The notes under the pieces are model-generated. The model searched no databases. It saw only the letters and a list, made by a program, of their open reading frames with translations, and was not told the DNA's origin. DNA of 64,000 nt from Lama guanicoe. Taxonomy: Eukaryota. The position numbers and the translations under genes were made by a program. Location: assembly GCA_013239625.1 (NCBI GenBank), contig MU053934.1:11323003-11387002 (forward strand), given 5' to 3'. Of the stretch, positions 25,746 through 37,896 are shown one piece after another; position 1 is the first letter of the stretch; the number at the start of each line of letters is the position of its first letter.

Positions 25746-26724
25746 CTTCGGGACTGGATGCTCTGTGGTTTGCTCAGGCCCCAGGTGGCCTCCCTGTCTG
25801 CAGCCCGCAGGGTCCACAGGCGCCGGGGCAGCCGGGCAGGTGGGCTCTGTCCCCAAGAGGCAAAACTGACTGAGGATGGAATGAGGTTTTAAGGTGAAGC
25901 TCTAGGAGGAGGGGGCAGGGCCACCCCTCCCGCTCCCGGTGGGCGTGGCCTCGGGGCCCTTCTGGAGGGGTGTCAGGATGCAGCTGCTCGAGGCTCCAGG
26001 GAGGTGCCTGACTGGGGGCAGAGGTGACGAGCAAAGGTCCTGGAGCAGCGGCAGAAAGTTGTGCTCAGACACTGAGCTGGGTGTCCGTCAGCAGAGACTC
26101 AGCTGCCAGATCGAGAAGGAAATGTTTGTTTTCCAAATTAGCTTTACAGCTGCTGTTTGATCTTGGGAGGGATGTCTGTGTCTGTGTGTCTGTGTGTCTG
26201 TCGTGTGTCAGTGGGGGTGCCGGGTGTCTGTGTGGGGCCCCAGCTCTCATTCACAGGAGGAGGGTCCCTGGGGGAGCAGGGGGTCCTCGGGGGCTCTGTG
26301 TCGTACAGCTGCTCCCAGCCTGGCGTGGTGTGTGGCAGAGACAAGCCCGGCGTCCCTCCGCAGGACGTCCCCTCCACTCAGCCCCTGGGGAGCCTCTTGA
26401 GACGTCCGCAGACACGAGTCCCGCAGACCAGGAGGCTCAGGAGGGCTGCCCAGGGGCCCGGGTCACAGCGACAGCCCACAGCGGGATCGGCCCCAGAGCA
26501 CGGATGGCCGCATCCAGTATGGTTTCCAGAGAAACTGTTGTTTTCCAAAAAAGGAAAGAAAATATGAAGAAGGCAAAAGGTGCTATAAGGAACAGGCACA
26601 CGTGGGAACCAAAGGCAGTGGCCATCGCTCCCCAAGGGGCCACCCGTGCTCCTGGCCGCTCCCCCAGGCGCCTGCAGCGGGTCTGTCCTTGACCCTCACG
26701 GCCCCTGCTGCACGTCATGCACAC

Positions 26725-27010
26725 ACCCGTTCATCAGCTCATTCAGCACACGCCCACCCGGCATGGGGTGAGCATGGGGGGAACCGGCTCAGGGAACAGA
26801 GCAGGTGAGGTGCCGCCCTCGCTGGGTTCACATTCTGCGCAGTGCGGTGGGAGGGCAGGGGAGCCTGCTGTTGGATGCGGGGTGGTCAGGGCAGCCCTCT
26901 CTGACCACTGCTGTCTGGGAGGACAGGAGGGGCCTGAGGGCACATCTGGGGAGAGGCATTCTTAGAGGAAGTGCAGTAGGTGCAAAGGCCCTGAGGCAGG
27001 ACTGAGTGCT
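26725..27010 (-). mobile_element. L2 LINE 3' fragment
   Basis: GTGGTCAGGGCAGCCCTCTCTGA...GCATTCTTAGAGG...GTGCAAAGGCCCTGAGGCAGGA. Confidence 0.75.
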
Positions 27011-28899
27011 GTGACAGCAAGCCTTGTGGTCCCAATACCAACGACGCTTTCGAGGGCAAGTGTGTGCCACCACGTCCTTTGGGTCTGAAGTAGAGGGGAC
27101 ACTGTCTACCAGCTTGATATGCCGGTCTGCCCTGCATCCCCAGGGCCAGGAGGAAAGGTCCAATGAATGGGCAAAGCAATAAAGGACAGAGATGAGGCTG
27201 GAAATGCTTCCCTACATAACAACCCTTTCCATTTGCTCATAACCCCCTGAGTGAGCCTTCCTGGAGGATCAAAATGCCGTCTGGCCTCTGGCTCCCCAGG
27301 GCAGCCAGGCATCTCGGAAACGCACCCAACCCCCCCTCCCCCGCGTCCCTGGGGGTGGGTTCCAGAGGGAAAACGATGTATGTGTTGGCACATGGTGGCC
27401 AGCCGGCCCCAGTCAGGCTGCAGACAGCAGGCAAGGGTTTTCCTAGGGCTCCGGCCCCAGGGGCTGCAGGGCCCAGGTCCCAGGTCTGTGCACGTGGGGG
27501 CAGCAGAAGGGGTCTGGGGGTCGGGGTCCCAGCCCAGCCCAGCCCAGCTGAGGAATCTGCGGGCCCCTCGGGTCCCCCCACCATTCCTTTGGGTGTTGGT
27601 TCTCCAGGGCCCTTCCTTCCAGGGAAGGACCAGGGCCGTGGCTGCCTTGAGCTCACTCCTCTGAACACGCGGCCCCCCTTCCTGGGCACAAAGCGACACA
27701 AGGGAGCAGCTCCCACCCGGAGCCCAGTCCCGGGGCTGAGCCGAACGTGGGCGGCCGCCCGGCAGCTCCGTTTGCCCCCTCCTCACCTGCCACTGGAACA
27801 GCAGTATGTGGGCGCGGAGCCGACGTGAGTCTGGGGCCCTTCCCCCAACCCCGCTGTGCTGTGTGCTCTCGCCTGGTTCCCAGTCTAGGCCTTTCCACCT
27901 GGGACTTCTCCCAGGCACGGCGCCCCTGTGGTTAGGACCTGGTCATCTGTGCAGCTTGCAGGCCCGCGGAGTCCCCTGACTGATGGGCCTGTCTGACTCC
28001 CCCGCTGAAGCCTCCTGGGCACCGGCCACCACGCAGGGATGGGGAGAAGCTGTCATTTCACCAGCAGAACATCGTGCCTCCCGGGCAGGGAATTTGCGTC
28101 CAGCCCTGCTGGCCTGGGCCGTGGCCCTGGGCTTGCTCGACCAGTGACACTGAGCGGTGTTCACACCACCTCTGAACACCGGTTTTCACAGCCATCAAGC
28201 CAGGCTGTCGGCGGTGCGCTCTCTTTCTTTCTCCTGATGCCGCCTGACAGGCGAGTCCCCCGAGCCGGGTCCCGGAGTGAAGGGACAAGGCAGAGGGCAG
28301 AACCCCCGCTGACGGGCCGCCCTGCGGCCGCCGGGAAGGGGAGGCGATGACCGCCTCTGTTGGACCCTCCAACGCCTGGGGCCTCCGCCCGCCGCGGTGG
28401 GACTTGTCCTGGTCTGACTGAGACAAAGCCTGGAGCGGCCTTCTTTTAGGTCTTGGGGGATTAGGTGTTTGGGGCCCTGCTTTGCCTTCCTTTCCACTCT
28501 AGCTTTTTGAGAACCCGGTCTGCACTGCACTCGGCTTCCTTTCATCTCCCCGCACTGCCACCAACACCTTCACCCCCTCCCCCTGCGCAGACCTCAGGAC
28601 CGGGCCCTGGGTGAGGTCCGGACCTACGTGACAATCCAGGCAGGACTTCCTGTGGCCTCTCCAGGGCACGGGCCCTGGATGGCTCCCTCAGCCCCACAGG
28701 ACACCAGAGGGATGTGTGGGACCACCCACGGCCACACGTGCCGGGTCGCCGCCGTGTGCTGGGCTGCAGATGCCCAGCGCGATGTGGCAGAAATAAGAGG
28801 CCCCCTCAAAGCATCATCTCCTTGCTCTGTTCAACCATTTCCGTCTCCAGAAGGCGAGTGCCAGCCTGCCCGTGTGAGGACTTCAGAGAGAAGACAGCC

Positions 28900-29280
28900 C
28901 TCCCAGCCACCGAGAGATGGGCCCAAGCACGTCACTGACCGCGTGGGGGCCTCTGACCGTCAAGGTGGCAGTAGACCCCCGAGTGCCCAGGACCCAGGAC
29001 CACCGCCCGGTGTCAGCAGGCAGAGCACAGGGACCCCGGGGGTCAACCCGCATCCTGCAGATTCAGCGTCACCGCGGGCTCAGAACACAAGCTGGGCACG
29101 CAGGGGCCGCAGACGACCAGGACAGTGCGACCCAGACAGCGCTGGAATGCCTGAAAGTTCTGGGGGAGACAAGTCAGCCTTTCCAACTAGCAAAGATGTA
29201 CTTTTAAAATAAGGACAAAAATAAAAAAATCTTGAAGAAAAATAAAACCTGAGACAAGGCACTCTTTTAAGACTCTGACT
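28900..29280 (+). mobile_element. L1M ORF1 C-terminal fragment
   Basis: LKVLGETSQPFQLAKMYF*NKDKNK resembles FKVLKEKNCQPRILYPAKISFKNEGEIK. Confidence 0.65.
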
Positions 29281-30149
29281 CCAGGAAACAGGTAAGGATG
29301 AGGCAGGAAAGAAGGTGGTCCGAGGTGGACCCTGGGTGGCCCGGGAAGGAGCAAGGAGGTGTGGAGGCGGGAGGCCGGCACCAGGAGGAGGAGGAGTTTA
29401 GGCAGCTTTCCCAAGCAAGCAGCCACGCACCCGGAGTCCGACTCGTCAGCACAAGTGCTTGAAGGCACCGAATAAAGGCAGGAGTAAATGGAGGAGCGTT
29501 TACTTCTGAAAGATGCCACTGGCCAGGTAAGAGCTGCAGTTTTGCGGCTTTTGTGCCCAGGGCTTCTCCCAGAAACCCCCGCTGAGGCGATGAAAACCCA
29601 GGCCTGGAGGGCAAGGCAGCAGGCGGCAGGGCCTGAGCACCAGGGCAGCTGGACGTGAAAGGAGGACGTCTGTGAGCGGTGGGCACAGACGGGTCCAGAC
29701 CCAAGCTCTGAGCGTCAGCTCGGCCCGAGTCCCCGGCTGGTCAGTGAGTGACACGGGGCCCCGGGGCAGACATGAGACAGACGCTGTGATGGTGAGGAGG
29801 AGAAGGCTGTGCCTTTGACCGAGGACACCCCCAACCTGCACGGTCCGGGCTGCTGAGAAGAGAGGCGCTCAGGCTGAAGGAGGAGCACACGGTGGCCCAG
29901 GAAGTCAGAACCAGAGACCAAGGGGGTAGGCAAGCCCCCACATCTGAGTACACACTCTGCCCAAACGCAGGTGAGCCAGGTGTAGGGCGCACACAGAAGT
30001 CAGGGTCCCAAAGTAAGCAGAGTGGGAAGCCGAAAAGTACCAAAACAAAGCAAGCCCAGAGAACAGGAGCCCTAAGCAGAAACGACGGCTGCTCTGCACG
30101 TCGGGGAGGAGGCGGGTTCCATGGCCGGCAGCAAGCAAGATGGTCGCCA

Positions 30150-32900
30150 GCCGTCACGGGGCCAGCAGCCCTCAGGCATTTCAGAGGGCCCACAACACAT
30201 TCCTCACGACAGCGAGCACTCCCCCAAAGCGTGTTGAGCGTGCAGAGGAGCAGGAGCTGGGGTCCGCACTCGGGAAAAATCCAGGCGTGGGAGCCGGATC
30301 CAAACCAGCCCTGACGCTCGCCTTACGGAGACTTCCAAGTAGCTCTCGTAAGGATGCCCAAATAATTACACGACAGTGCGGTGTTAATGAGCAAATAGAG
30401 AATTTCAACAAATGATTTAAAACATAGAACGGCTGTTCTAGAGGTGACAAACACAGTGTCAGAAAATGGAGAACGTGAAAATGAATGCATGTATGCACAC
30501 GCGTGGCTGAAGCATCATGCTGGGCACTGGAAATGGACGCAGTGTTGCAAACGGACTAGGCTTCAGTAAGATGAAGAAAGAAGGAAAAAAGAAAAGAACT
30601 TGGAAACCTGAGCAGGCGGGCCCAACGGCAGCTTGTGGCCAGCAGAGGAAAGAGCCGGCGAGCATGAAGACACACCTGTAAAAGCGACCCGGTCTGCAGG
30701 AACAGGCAGAAACGGCTGAAGGGAGGCGTAAAAGCTTCAGTGACCCTCTGGGACAACGTGAGGTCACTCCCTGGAGCAAGAGGAGGGAAATGTGGTGCAG
30801 AAACAGCGTTTGTAGAAATAGTGGCCAAGATCCCTGGAGTCTGGTGAAAACGTTCAGGTACAGACTGATCAGATCAACAACCCAGAGGAGAACAGACACA
30901 AGAAACCGTGCCGCGGCGCACGGTCGCCTCACTTCTGGAAGACAAAGACAAAGACAACGGGACACCCTTGCAAACGAGAAAGTGGCCCGTTTCGCCGAGG
31001 GAGCAGCGACACCAGGCAGCAGGGAGGCCAGACACTGCGAGACGCATCTGAAGCGTCCGGGGTGGGTGGGGGGAGTCTATCGACCAAAGAGCCTCCTTCC
31101 AGAAAAGCTATTCAGCCAAACAGACTGTGGAATCAAGGCCCTCCCAGTAAAACGAAGCTGAGAAGGTTCCCTGCCAGCAGCACTGCACGGTGAGGGGGGC
31201 TAAAGAATCGTATAAACACAAACAAATAAACCACTACATGAATACAAACACACACTGAGAAATGCTGAAGAATTGCGTAAATCCAAACGCAAAATGCTGA
31301 AGAATTACAGAAATACAAACAAAGAATTATATAAACACACACAGACGCACACGAACTACGCGCAATTTCCCAATCTCTGTAGCGCACTCCTGGCTGAAGC
31401 AGGCCTGAGAACGCTGCGTCGTTAGCTTTGTCAGGTTGCCTGTCTCTGTACAAAGACACGCGGCCCAAAAGATGGTGGTGCAGACAGAAAATATTCTGTC
31501 ATAAGATTCTTGTTTTTGTTTCAGGAATCACTTAATATTAACCTTAGATTGACTGTGATAAGATTATAGAATCCTTGGCACAATCACTAGAAAACAATGC
31601 AGAGCGATCTCCCCTAGAAAGCGAGGCTGGGAATTCAAATGGTGTGCTGGCAGGGTTTGATGATCCTGGAGGAAGACAGGAGGGAAAGGGTACTGAAGGA
31701 AACAGGAGATGAGGCCACAGAAGACAGGAGGAGAGGAGGTGACACCGAAGTCCAGGCAGGTCAGCAGGCACGTTAGACGCAGGCAAGGCCGGCGGTGGCA
31801 AAGGGGCCAGGCAGCAAGAACACACAGGTGCGCGCAGGGCAGAGTGGACGGTGCGCCGCGCCGACGGCAGGCTTGGGGAACCTGGGGTGGCCGTGTTGGC
31901 GGCGTTAGAGGACACGGCCTCTCTGAGGAGGAATAGTGTGATGGACGCGAGGAGCCGTTGGTCATGATGAAGTGCCGATACGGCGGGCAAGCAGGTCAGA
32001 GCCGTGCGTGCACCCGCGCCCGGAAACAGGGACAGAGCACAGGGAACAAGGCCGACTGGGCCGACAGGAAGCCAGACACGGTAACCGCTAGAGATGGAGA
32101 GGCCACCACCCCGCCGCCAGGAACGCAGAGAAAATCAGGAACTATGCGGACGACCTGCGGACACTTCACTGCATTTCCAGAACATTCTGCCGCCCAAGGG
32201 TGGACCCTAGAGGTGCTGGAACGCAAGGTGGGCTGTGTGCGTCTCTTCTCTTAAATTGCCAAATCCTGTTCCCAAGTGGCTGTGCCGTCTGGTCCGCCTT
32301 TAGTAAGCTCAGCCGTTCTGCTAGAACTAGCTTCGCACACGTTCTTCTCAAGACGCACAGAAGGAGAACCAAGACAGACCAACTGCCAGGCAAAAAGCAC
32401 GTCTCAAACCTTCAAGGAGGGAAAATCGCATCGTCCATGCTCCCCGACCGCAGCAGAACTGAATTAGAGACCAAACAGAAAGTGATATTGGGGGAATTCC
32501 CAAATATTTCGAAACACTTTTTTAAAATCCGTGAGGTAGGGAAAGAAGAGAACTGTACATTTTACACATTTTCATTAAATTCAACTTGACTTATTTTGAC
32601 TTGAATGATCCTGAAAACACACGGCAGTGAGAATCCGTTCGGCGGCGCCAAGGCCGTCGCTGTGGGAGCTGACACTGCGAAGGGAGAGGGTCTGAGCGGC
32701 TGACGGACGCGTCCACCTCAAGCTGCTAGAGAAGGGAGCGGAGGAAGCCCGGCGTGAGGAGAGGGAGGGAGTAAGACGGGGAAGAGCAGGCATCAGCGAC
32801 ACAGAAAGTGGATGCACGAAAGAAGGCAGTGAAACCCAAAGCTCGGTTTTTTGAAAAGCGCTTTCCAGAGTGACGACCGACACGCAGGCAGCCGTGCGCG
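30150..32900 (+). mobile_element. Decayed L1M LINE (ORF1, inter-ORF, ORF2 endonuclease and Z region); 5'UTR may extend to ~29300
   Basis: ORF1 motifs GAGCAAATAGAGAATTTCAACA and FVEIVAK. EN segment TKTDQLPGKKHVSNLQGGKIASSMLPDRSRTELET (consensus TKIDHILGHKTSLNKFKRIEIIQSMFSDHNGIKLEI). GAAACCCAAAGCTCGGTTTTTTGAAAAG (ETKSWFFEK). Confidence 0.85.
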
Positions 32901-32949
32901 CGCAGAGCGTCCGCGGGGACCGCTCCGCCGGGCACGCGCCCACCGGCCG

Positions 32950-33445
32950 CCAGCGGCGTCAGCGTCGGGCTCCGCTCAGCGGCCCCGCCCTCTCCTGCTT
33001 CCCTGGCCTGGGCTCTTGTCCGCCCGGTCCCCCTCCTGCTTTGGGCTTCCCCAACTCTGTTGAGACGAGCGTTTGTGTTTCGTCGCAGATCCTCTCCGTT
33101 GCTGACGTACACATTACAGCTGCGACTCCCCCTCCAGGCGTCGGTTTGCTGCGCTGCACACGTTTCGAACTGCTGTCTTTCCATTCCTGTCCTGTGCAAA
33201 ACATTCCTGTACTTCCCTCGGTTCCTTCTCTTCGGCCCATGAATTGCTCACACATGTGCTGTTTAGCTTCTAAATAGTGCAGATTCTCTAGATATTTTAG
33301 TGTCATCGATGCCTCAATTAGTTGCGGCACGGCCAGAGAAAGCGCTCCGCGGGATGGCAGTCCTGTTAAGCTGACTGAGGCTAAGAGGTGCATGGCCCAG
33401 CGCGTGACCAACGTGGTGAATGCGCCACTGTCGTTTGAAATAAAT
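32950..33445 (-). mobile_element. L1M ORF2 endonuclease C-terminal segment, inverted
   Basis: Minus-strand translations TFISNDSGAFT and VGHALGHAPLSLSQLNRTAIPRSAFSGR match L1 TFFSSAHGTFT..IDHILGHKTSLNKFKRIEIIQSMFSDH. Confidence 0.75.
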
Positions 33446-33449
33446 GTTA

Positions 33450-34800
33450 TTTTGTAAGTGTTGCACTGGTGCTTTGTAAATATCAACTGTTTTAAGAACC
33501 GTATGTCTAAACACACACTTTCTAATTCCGGTGTGTCTCATTCCACCAAAAATCTTGTTTGAATTTTGATGAGAATTGCACTGAATTGATGGATCAATGT
33601 GGGAAAACTGACGTTTTCAAGGGACCGAGACTTTACATAAGTGAGCATGACAGATCCGTTTACTTAGATTCTCTAATTATCCTTCACAATCGTTGTATTA
33701 TTTTTTCCGTAACAGATTTTTATGCACTAAGGGCTTCTTCCTTTCATTTTCATACAGAGCAACTTGGAGGAACTTATTATTTTGAATAATATGTCTGTTG
33801 ACAGCACAAAATTGCTTGCCAAAGATGTCATTTTTTCCTTTTTTTAATCTTTATATTTTTCATTATTTTTCTTGTCTTATGCCACCAAATTGGAGCACCT
33901 GTAACTTGTTCCAGATTTCAGAGAGACTGTCTAGAAGTCTTATCCTGACGTATGAGGTTTGCTGTCAATTTTTATACATAATCTGTGTGTGGTTAAGGAA
34001 GAACTCTCCTATTCATAGTTTTTTCAGAGCATTTAGCAGGAGTGGAGGTACAGGGTTTTAAATGCACTATCTTGCCTCCCCTCTAATAATTGCACACTTG
34101 TTAAGTGGTGAATTACACACGTGGCATTAATGCATCCTTTACTCCTAAGAAAACCCAGTTTGGTTATGAGCAATCTTTACTGGATCACTGCATTTGCATT
34201 GCTAACATTTTGATTGATTTTTTAAATCTATGCTCATAATCACAGTGACCTACCCTTCTCTTATACTGTCCTTGACCGGCGTGGGATGGAGCTAATACCT
34301 CACAAAATGAGTTCTTTCATTTTTTATTGCCTGGAAAATTCTGTATGCAGTGGGAATGATCTGTGCATTGACCGTTTGGTTGAAGCCACCTGCAAACCTT
34401 TTGAAATTGAAGCTGTAGTGTGGACGGACGGACTTTCTTCAGTGGTTATGGGTCTGTTCGGTCTTGCTGTTTCTTTTTGGGTCATTTTGGGGGGAAGCTG
34501 GATTTCTCCAGGCACTTTTCAAGTTTGCTTAAGTTTGCACATTTATCAGGATGGGTTTGTTTCCAGAGTTCTCTCATCTCCAGTGCCATCACTGCGAAGT
34601 GTACCTTGCATTCAGTGCTGCAGGTGAACAGTCTGAAGGACAGTACAAATGGAGCTCCCGCCTCCCCCGCCCCGCGTCCGGTCAGAGCCCGGCAGCCCTG
34701 AGGGAGCCCCCGCCGCCCCACCCAGCCTTTTCTTCTCACACGCTTTCCCCGGAGTGACCACCCCCTGCCTCTGTGACGGTCACTCTCCTGCACTGGTTAA
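33450..34800 (-). mobile_element. L1M ORF2 (RT region) remnant
   Basis: TTTGATGAGAATTGCACTGAATTGATGGATCAATGTGGGAAAACTGACG and AAACCCAGTTTGGTTATG are typical antisense L1 ORF2. Confidence 0.85.
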
Positions 34801-34854
34801 GAGCGGGCAGCTTGGGAGTGCGTCCTCACATTACATCGCTGGGCTTTAAGCCTT

Positions 34855-35262
34855 TCTCACTGACCTGTAGGTGATTTGCAACGTTGCGTTAACTTCGAGT
34901 GTACAGCAAGGGGATTCCGTTATACGTACTGCATACGTATCTGTTCTTTTTCAGATTCTTTTCCAGTACAGTCTTACAAGATACTGAATACAGCTCCCTG
35001 CGCTGCACAGTAGGTCCTTGCTGTTCATCTGTTTTATATGCAGTGGTGTGTGTCTGTTAATCCCGAACTCCAGATTTATCCCTCCCCACCCCCTTCCCCC
35101 TTTGGTGGCCGTCGTGTGCTTTCCGTGTCTGTGCGTCCACCTCTGGTGTGTAAGTAAGTTCACTAAGTTCACTCCTGTTCTTTCTTTAGATTCCACACAC
35201 ATGAGGTACCGTGTGGTGTTTGTCTTCCTCTGTCTGACCGAGTTCATGTACTGTAATCGTCT
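34855..35262 (-). mobile_element. Cetartiodactyl L1 3' end (L1_Art-like)
   Basis: TTTTCAGATTCTTTTCC..TTACAAGATACTGAATACAGCTCCCTGCGCTGCACAGTAGGTCCTTGCTG..TTTAGATTCCACA. Confidence 0.9.
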
Positions 35263-35699
35263 TACATCACTGGGTTGAAAATGAGAGTCGTAAACACAAA
35301 ACTCGCTTTACGGCCACCGTGTAGGGAAGGCACCCAGAGTTCCGAGATGAAGTGGAGAGTGCCCGGCCGAGGGAAGCCACCGAGGAGAGCCCTGACCAGC
35401 TCCGCGGGCGCCTCGAGCTCGGGTCAAACAGATGATGTGATGGGCAGCGGGGAGGCTCCGGCTCAACCTCCCCATGACCGTCTGTGAGGAGGCACTCCAA
35501 CCCAGGCTGGGTAACCTCTGCGTCTGGTGGACACAGATTCCCCACCAGCCTCCCGAGGACGGTGGCCACGCTGTCCCTGCCTTGGCTCTCCCGTGCCCCG
35601 CACCCCCTTGGTGGACGTCTGCTCTCAGCTTGGCGGGAGAAGGAGCTCCAGGGAAGCAATGTTTCCAGGCCCTGCCTATCCGAAGTGGTTTTTATTTTA

Positions 35700-36500
35700 T
35701 TCTTGGATATTAAAACATTGAAAAGTTTGGCTGGGTAAAGAATTTTAGCCGGAAACCATTTTCCTTCTGGACTTGGAGGTAGCGCATCGCTCACTGTCTT
35801 CTGGATTCCTGTGCCGCTGTTAAGAAACCCAAAGCCTCTTTGATTCGCCATCCCTTTAGCTACCTTTTCCTACATGCAAGGCTATCGCGTGGTCCTGTGT
35901 CCTGCTGTGCAGTTTCACAGCGATGAGCCTCGGGGGGACCTACTTCCGTTCTTGTGCTAAACATTTATTGGGTCTTTTTAATCCATCACCTCATGCCCTT
36001 TATTTTGGAGAAATTGTCTTGATCCCACCCCCCCCCTTTTAGTTCATTCTTCCACAACTTCTATTATTTGGGTGTTGGACCTTCTGGACTGGTCTCCTAA
36101 TTGTATTTCTTTGTTTCTCATCGCCTTGCCTTTATGTCTGCTGACTTTTGGTAAGATTGTCTCACTGTGAGATTGTTTCAATTTTAGCTTGCAGACCGTC
36201 TATAGAGTTTTCATTTTGGCAGCCATGTTCTTAATTTCCAGTTGCTACTTTGTTACTGTTCTCTGAATTTCCTCTTGTGTTATAGATAGCTTTTTGTTCT
36301 TGTTTTATTATTGCAATATTCTTTTTCTTATTTCTCTGGGGTATTAGATGACTTTTTTGAAAATCTCTTCTCTGGGAAGTCCGCGTTTCCGCCAAGTGGC
36401 GCTGTTGCGTTTGTAGCTCTGGTGTCCGTCCCCCACGTTGGGAACTCTCCCCACACGGGGCCATCCTGGGCTGCTGGCTCTCGGCGGAGGGTGTTTGGAA
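35700..36500 (-). mobile_element. L1ME ORF1 remnant
   Basis: AGTTTGGCTGGGTAAAGAATTTTAG..CACTGTCTTCTGG, antisense ORF1 pattern. Confidence 0.75.
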
Positions 36501-36534
36501 GCTCGGTAGGGGTAAACTCACTGACTTTGAATTT

Positions 36535-36845
36535 TGCTACAGTGGCTGCACCAATTTACATTCCCTCCAGCAGGGGAGGAAGGTCCCCTTTTCTCCACAG
36601 CTTCTCCAGTGTTTATTATTTGTAGCCTTTTTAATGATGGCCATTCTGCCTGGTGTCAGGTGGTACCTCACTGTAGTTTTGACTTGCATTTTTCTCTGAT
36701 AATTAGTGATACTGAGCATCTCTTCGTGTGCCTGTTGGCTATTTGCATGTTTTCTTCGGAGGAATGTCTGTTTAGGTCCTCTGCCCGTTTTTTGATTGGG
36801 CTGTTTGTTTTTGGTTTTGTTTTATATTAAGCTGTGTGAGCTTGA
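36535..36845 (-). mobile_element. Younger L1 ORF2 C-terminal (Cys-rich) fragment
   Basis: [50 protein letters not shown] is the L1 ORF2p CCHC domain. Confidence 0.95.
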
Positions 36846-37703
36846 CACACTTCAATAATAGAATCATATTTCTATTAGTTGATTTACAAGCTTCAAACCA
36901 CGTCTGTTGGCCTCCTGTACCGAGAAGGATGATGAGATGCACGTTTACCCATTGCCTGGCAGGCCTCCCGGTCCCCCTGCTCTCCGATTGGCTGTGCACT
37001 CATTTCCACAACCATCCTTTCTACCCTTGCCCGAGTTGGAGTCTTAACTTTCAAGGTCTCATGACAAGTCACTACGAGTTCACTTGCCACAGCTTCCTCA
37101 TCAAGCTCTCACCTGATGGCTTTCGTCTTTGAGTAAATTCTTCAAGAGGGGTGATGGGAGAGAAGATCCGTCTCTGCCCTTTGGACTCAGCCAACAGTTT
37201 GGCTAGGCGTAAAGTTACAGACTGGTATTTCTTTCCTTGAGTCTTTGTGAACCTTGTTCTCCGCTCTTCTGACATCGAAGGTTCATTCTTACAGAAAAGC
37301 CGTGGGACGGCTCAACGTGCCTCACTAATGTCTAACTGAATTTACAGGGGAGGTGGACCCCCACTGCCTTGTCGCTTTGTCTTCCAAGTCCAAGAGCTTC
37401 TCTTCCTCTTCTGGGGGGAAGACAATTATACACACATGGGAAATCTTTTTCTTTTACAGCTATCAGATTTGGGCTTGCACTTAAAAACTCAGCCAAATTA
37501 TTTCATTTTGCTGCAGGTTTGCGTCCTCACTTCCCCCAGCTATGGCTGTTCACCCGCTTCAAATGGGACTTTTCTGCGATGGTGTCAGGGTCGTTCCTTT
37601 CCAAGTTTACCCGTGGATTTTCAGCTCCTGTTTTTGTTTTGTTATTGCCTCATGGTTCTCTGGTGTCTTGGCTCTAAGCTCCCAGTTCATTAAAACACTT
37701 TTG

Positions 37704-37896
37704 TGGGTGGTTAGAGCACAGCTCAGTGGTAGAACACATGCTTGGCGTGCACAAGGTCCTGGGTTCAATCCCCAGGAGCTCCATTAAAAATACATATATA
37801 AATAAACCCAATTACCCCTCCCAAACAAACAGACAGACAGAAAACAATTAAAAACCCCTAAACAAAGAAAAGAAAAGAAAAGAAAAGGAAAGGAAA
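37704..37896 (+). mobile_element. tRNA-derived SINE, camelid Vic-1-like, with A-rich/GAAAA tail
   Basis: A box CAGCTCAGTGGTAGA, B box GGTTCAATCC, body ...CTCCATTAAAAATACATATATAAATAAACCCAATTACCCCTCCC, then (GAAAA)n tail. Confidence 0.85.

Noticed and set aside
25631-25873. ORF with a KVKVKVKVK motif
   Set aside because: It is only the translation of the (TYAAGG)n repeat.
31261-31321. 32-bp spaced duplication of AATGCTGAAGAATT
   Set aside because: A small local slippage inside the L1 inter-ORF region with no further structure.
36537-36719. Intact-looking Cys-rich ORF
   Set aside because: A ~300-bp L1 ORF2 fragment, not a host gene or active element.
37714-37782. tRNA-like sequence with A and B boxes
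   Set aside because: It continues into a SINE body and A-rich tail, so it is a tRNA-derived SINE and not a tRNA gene.
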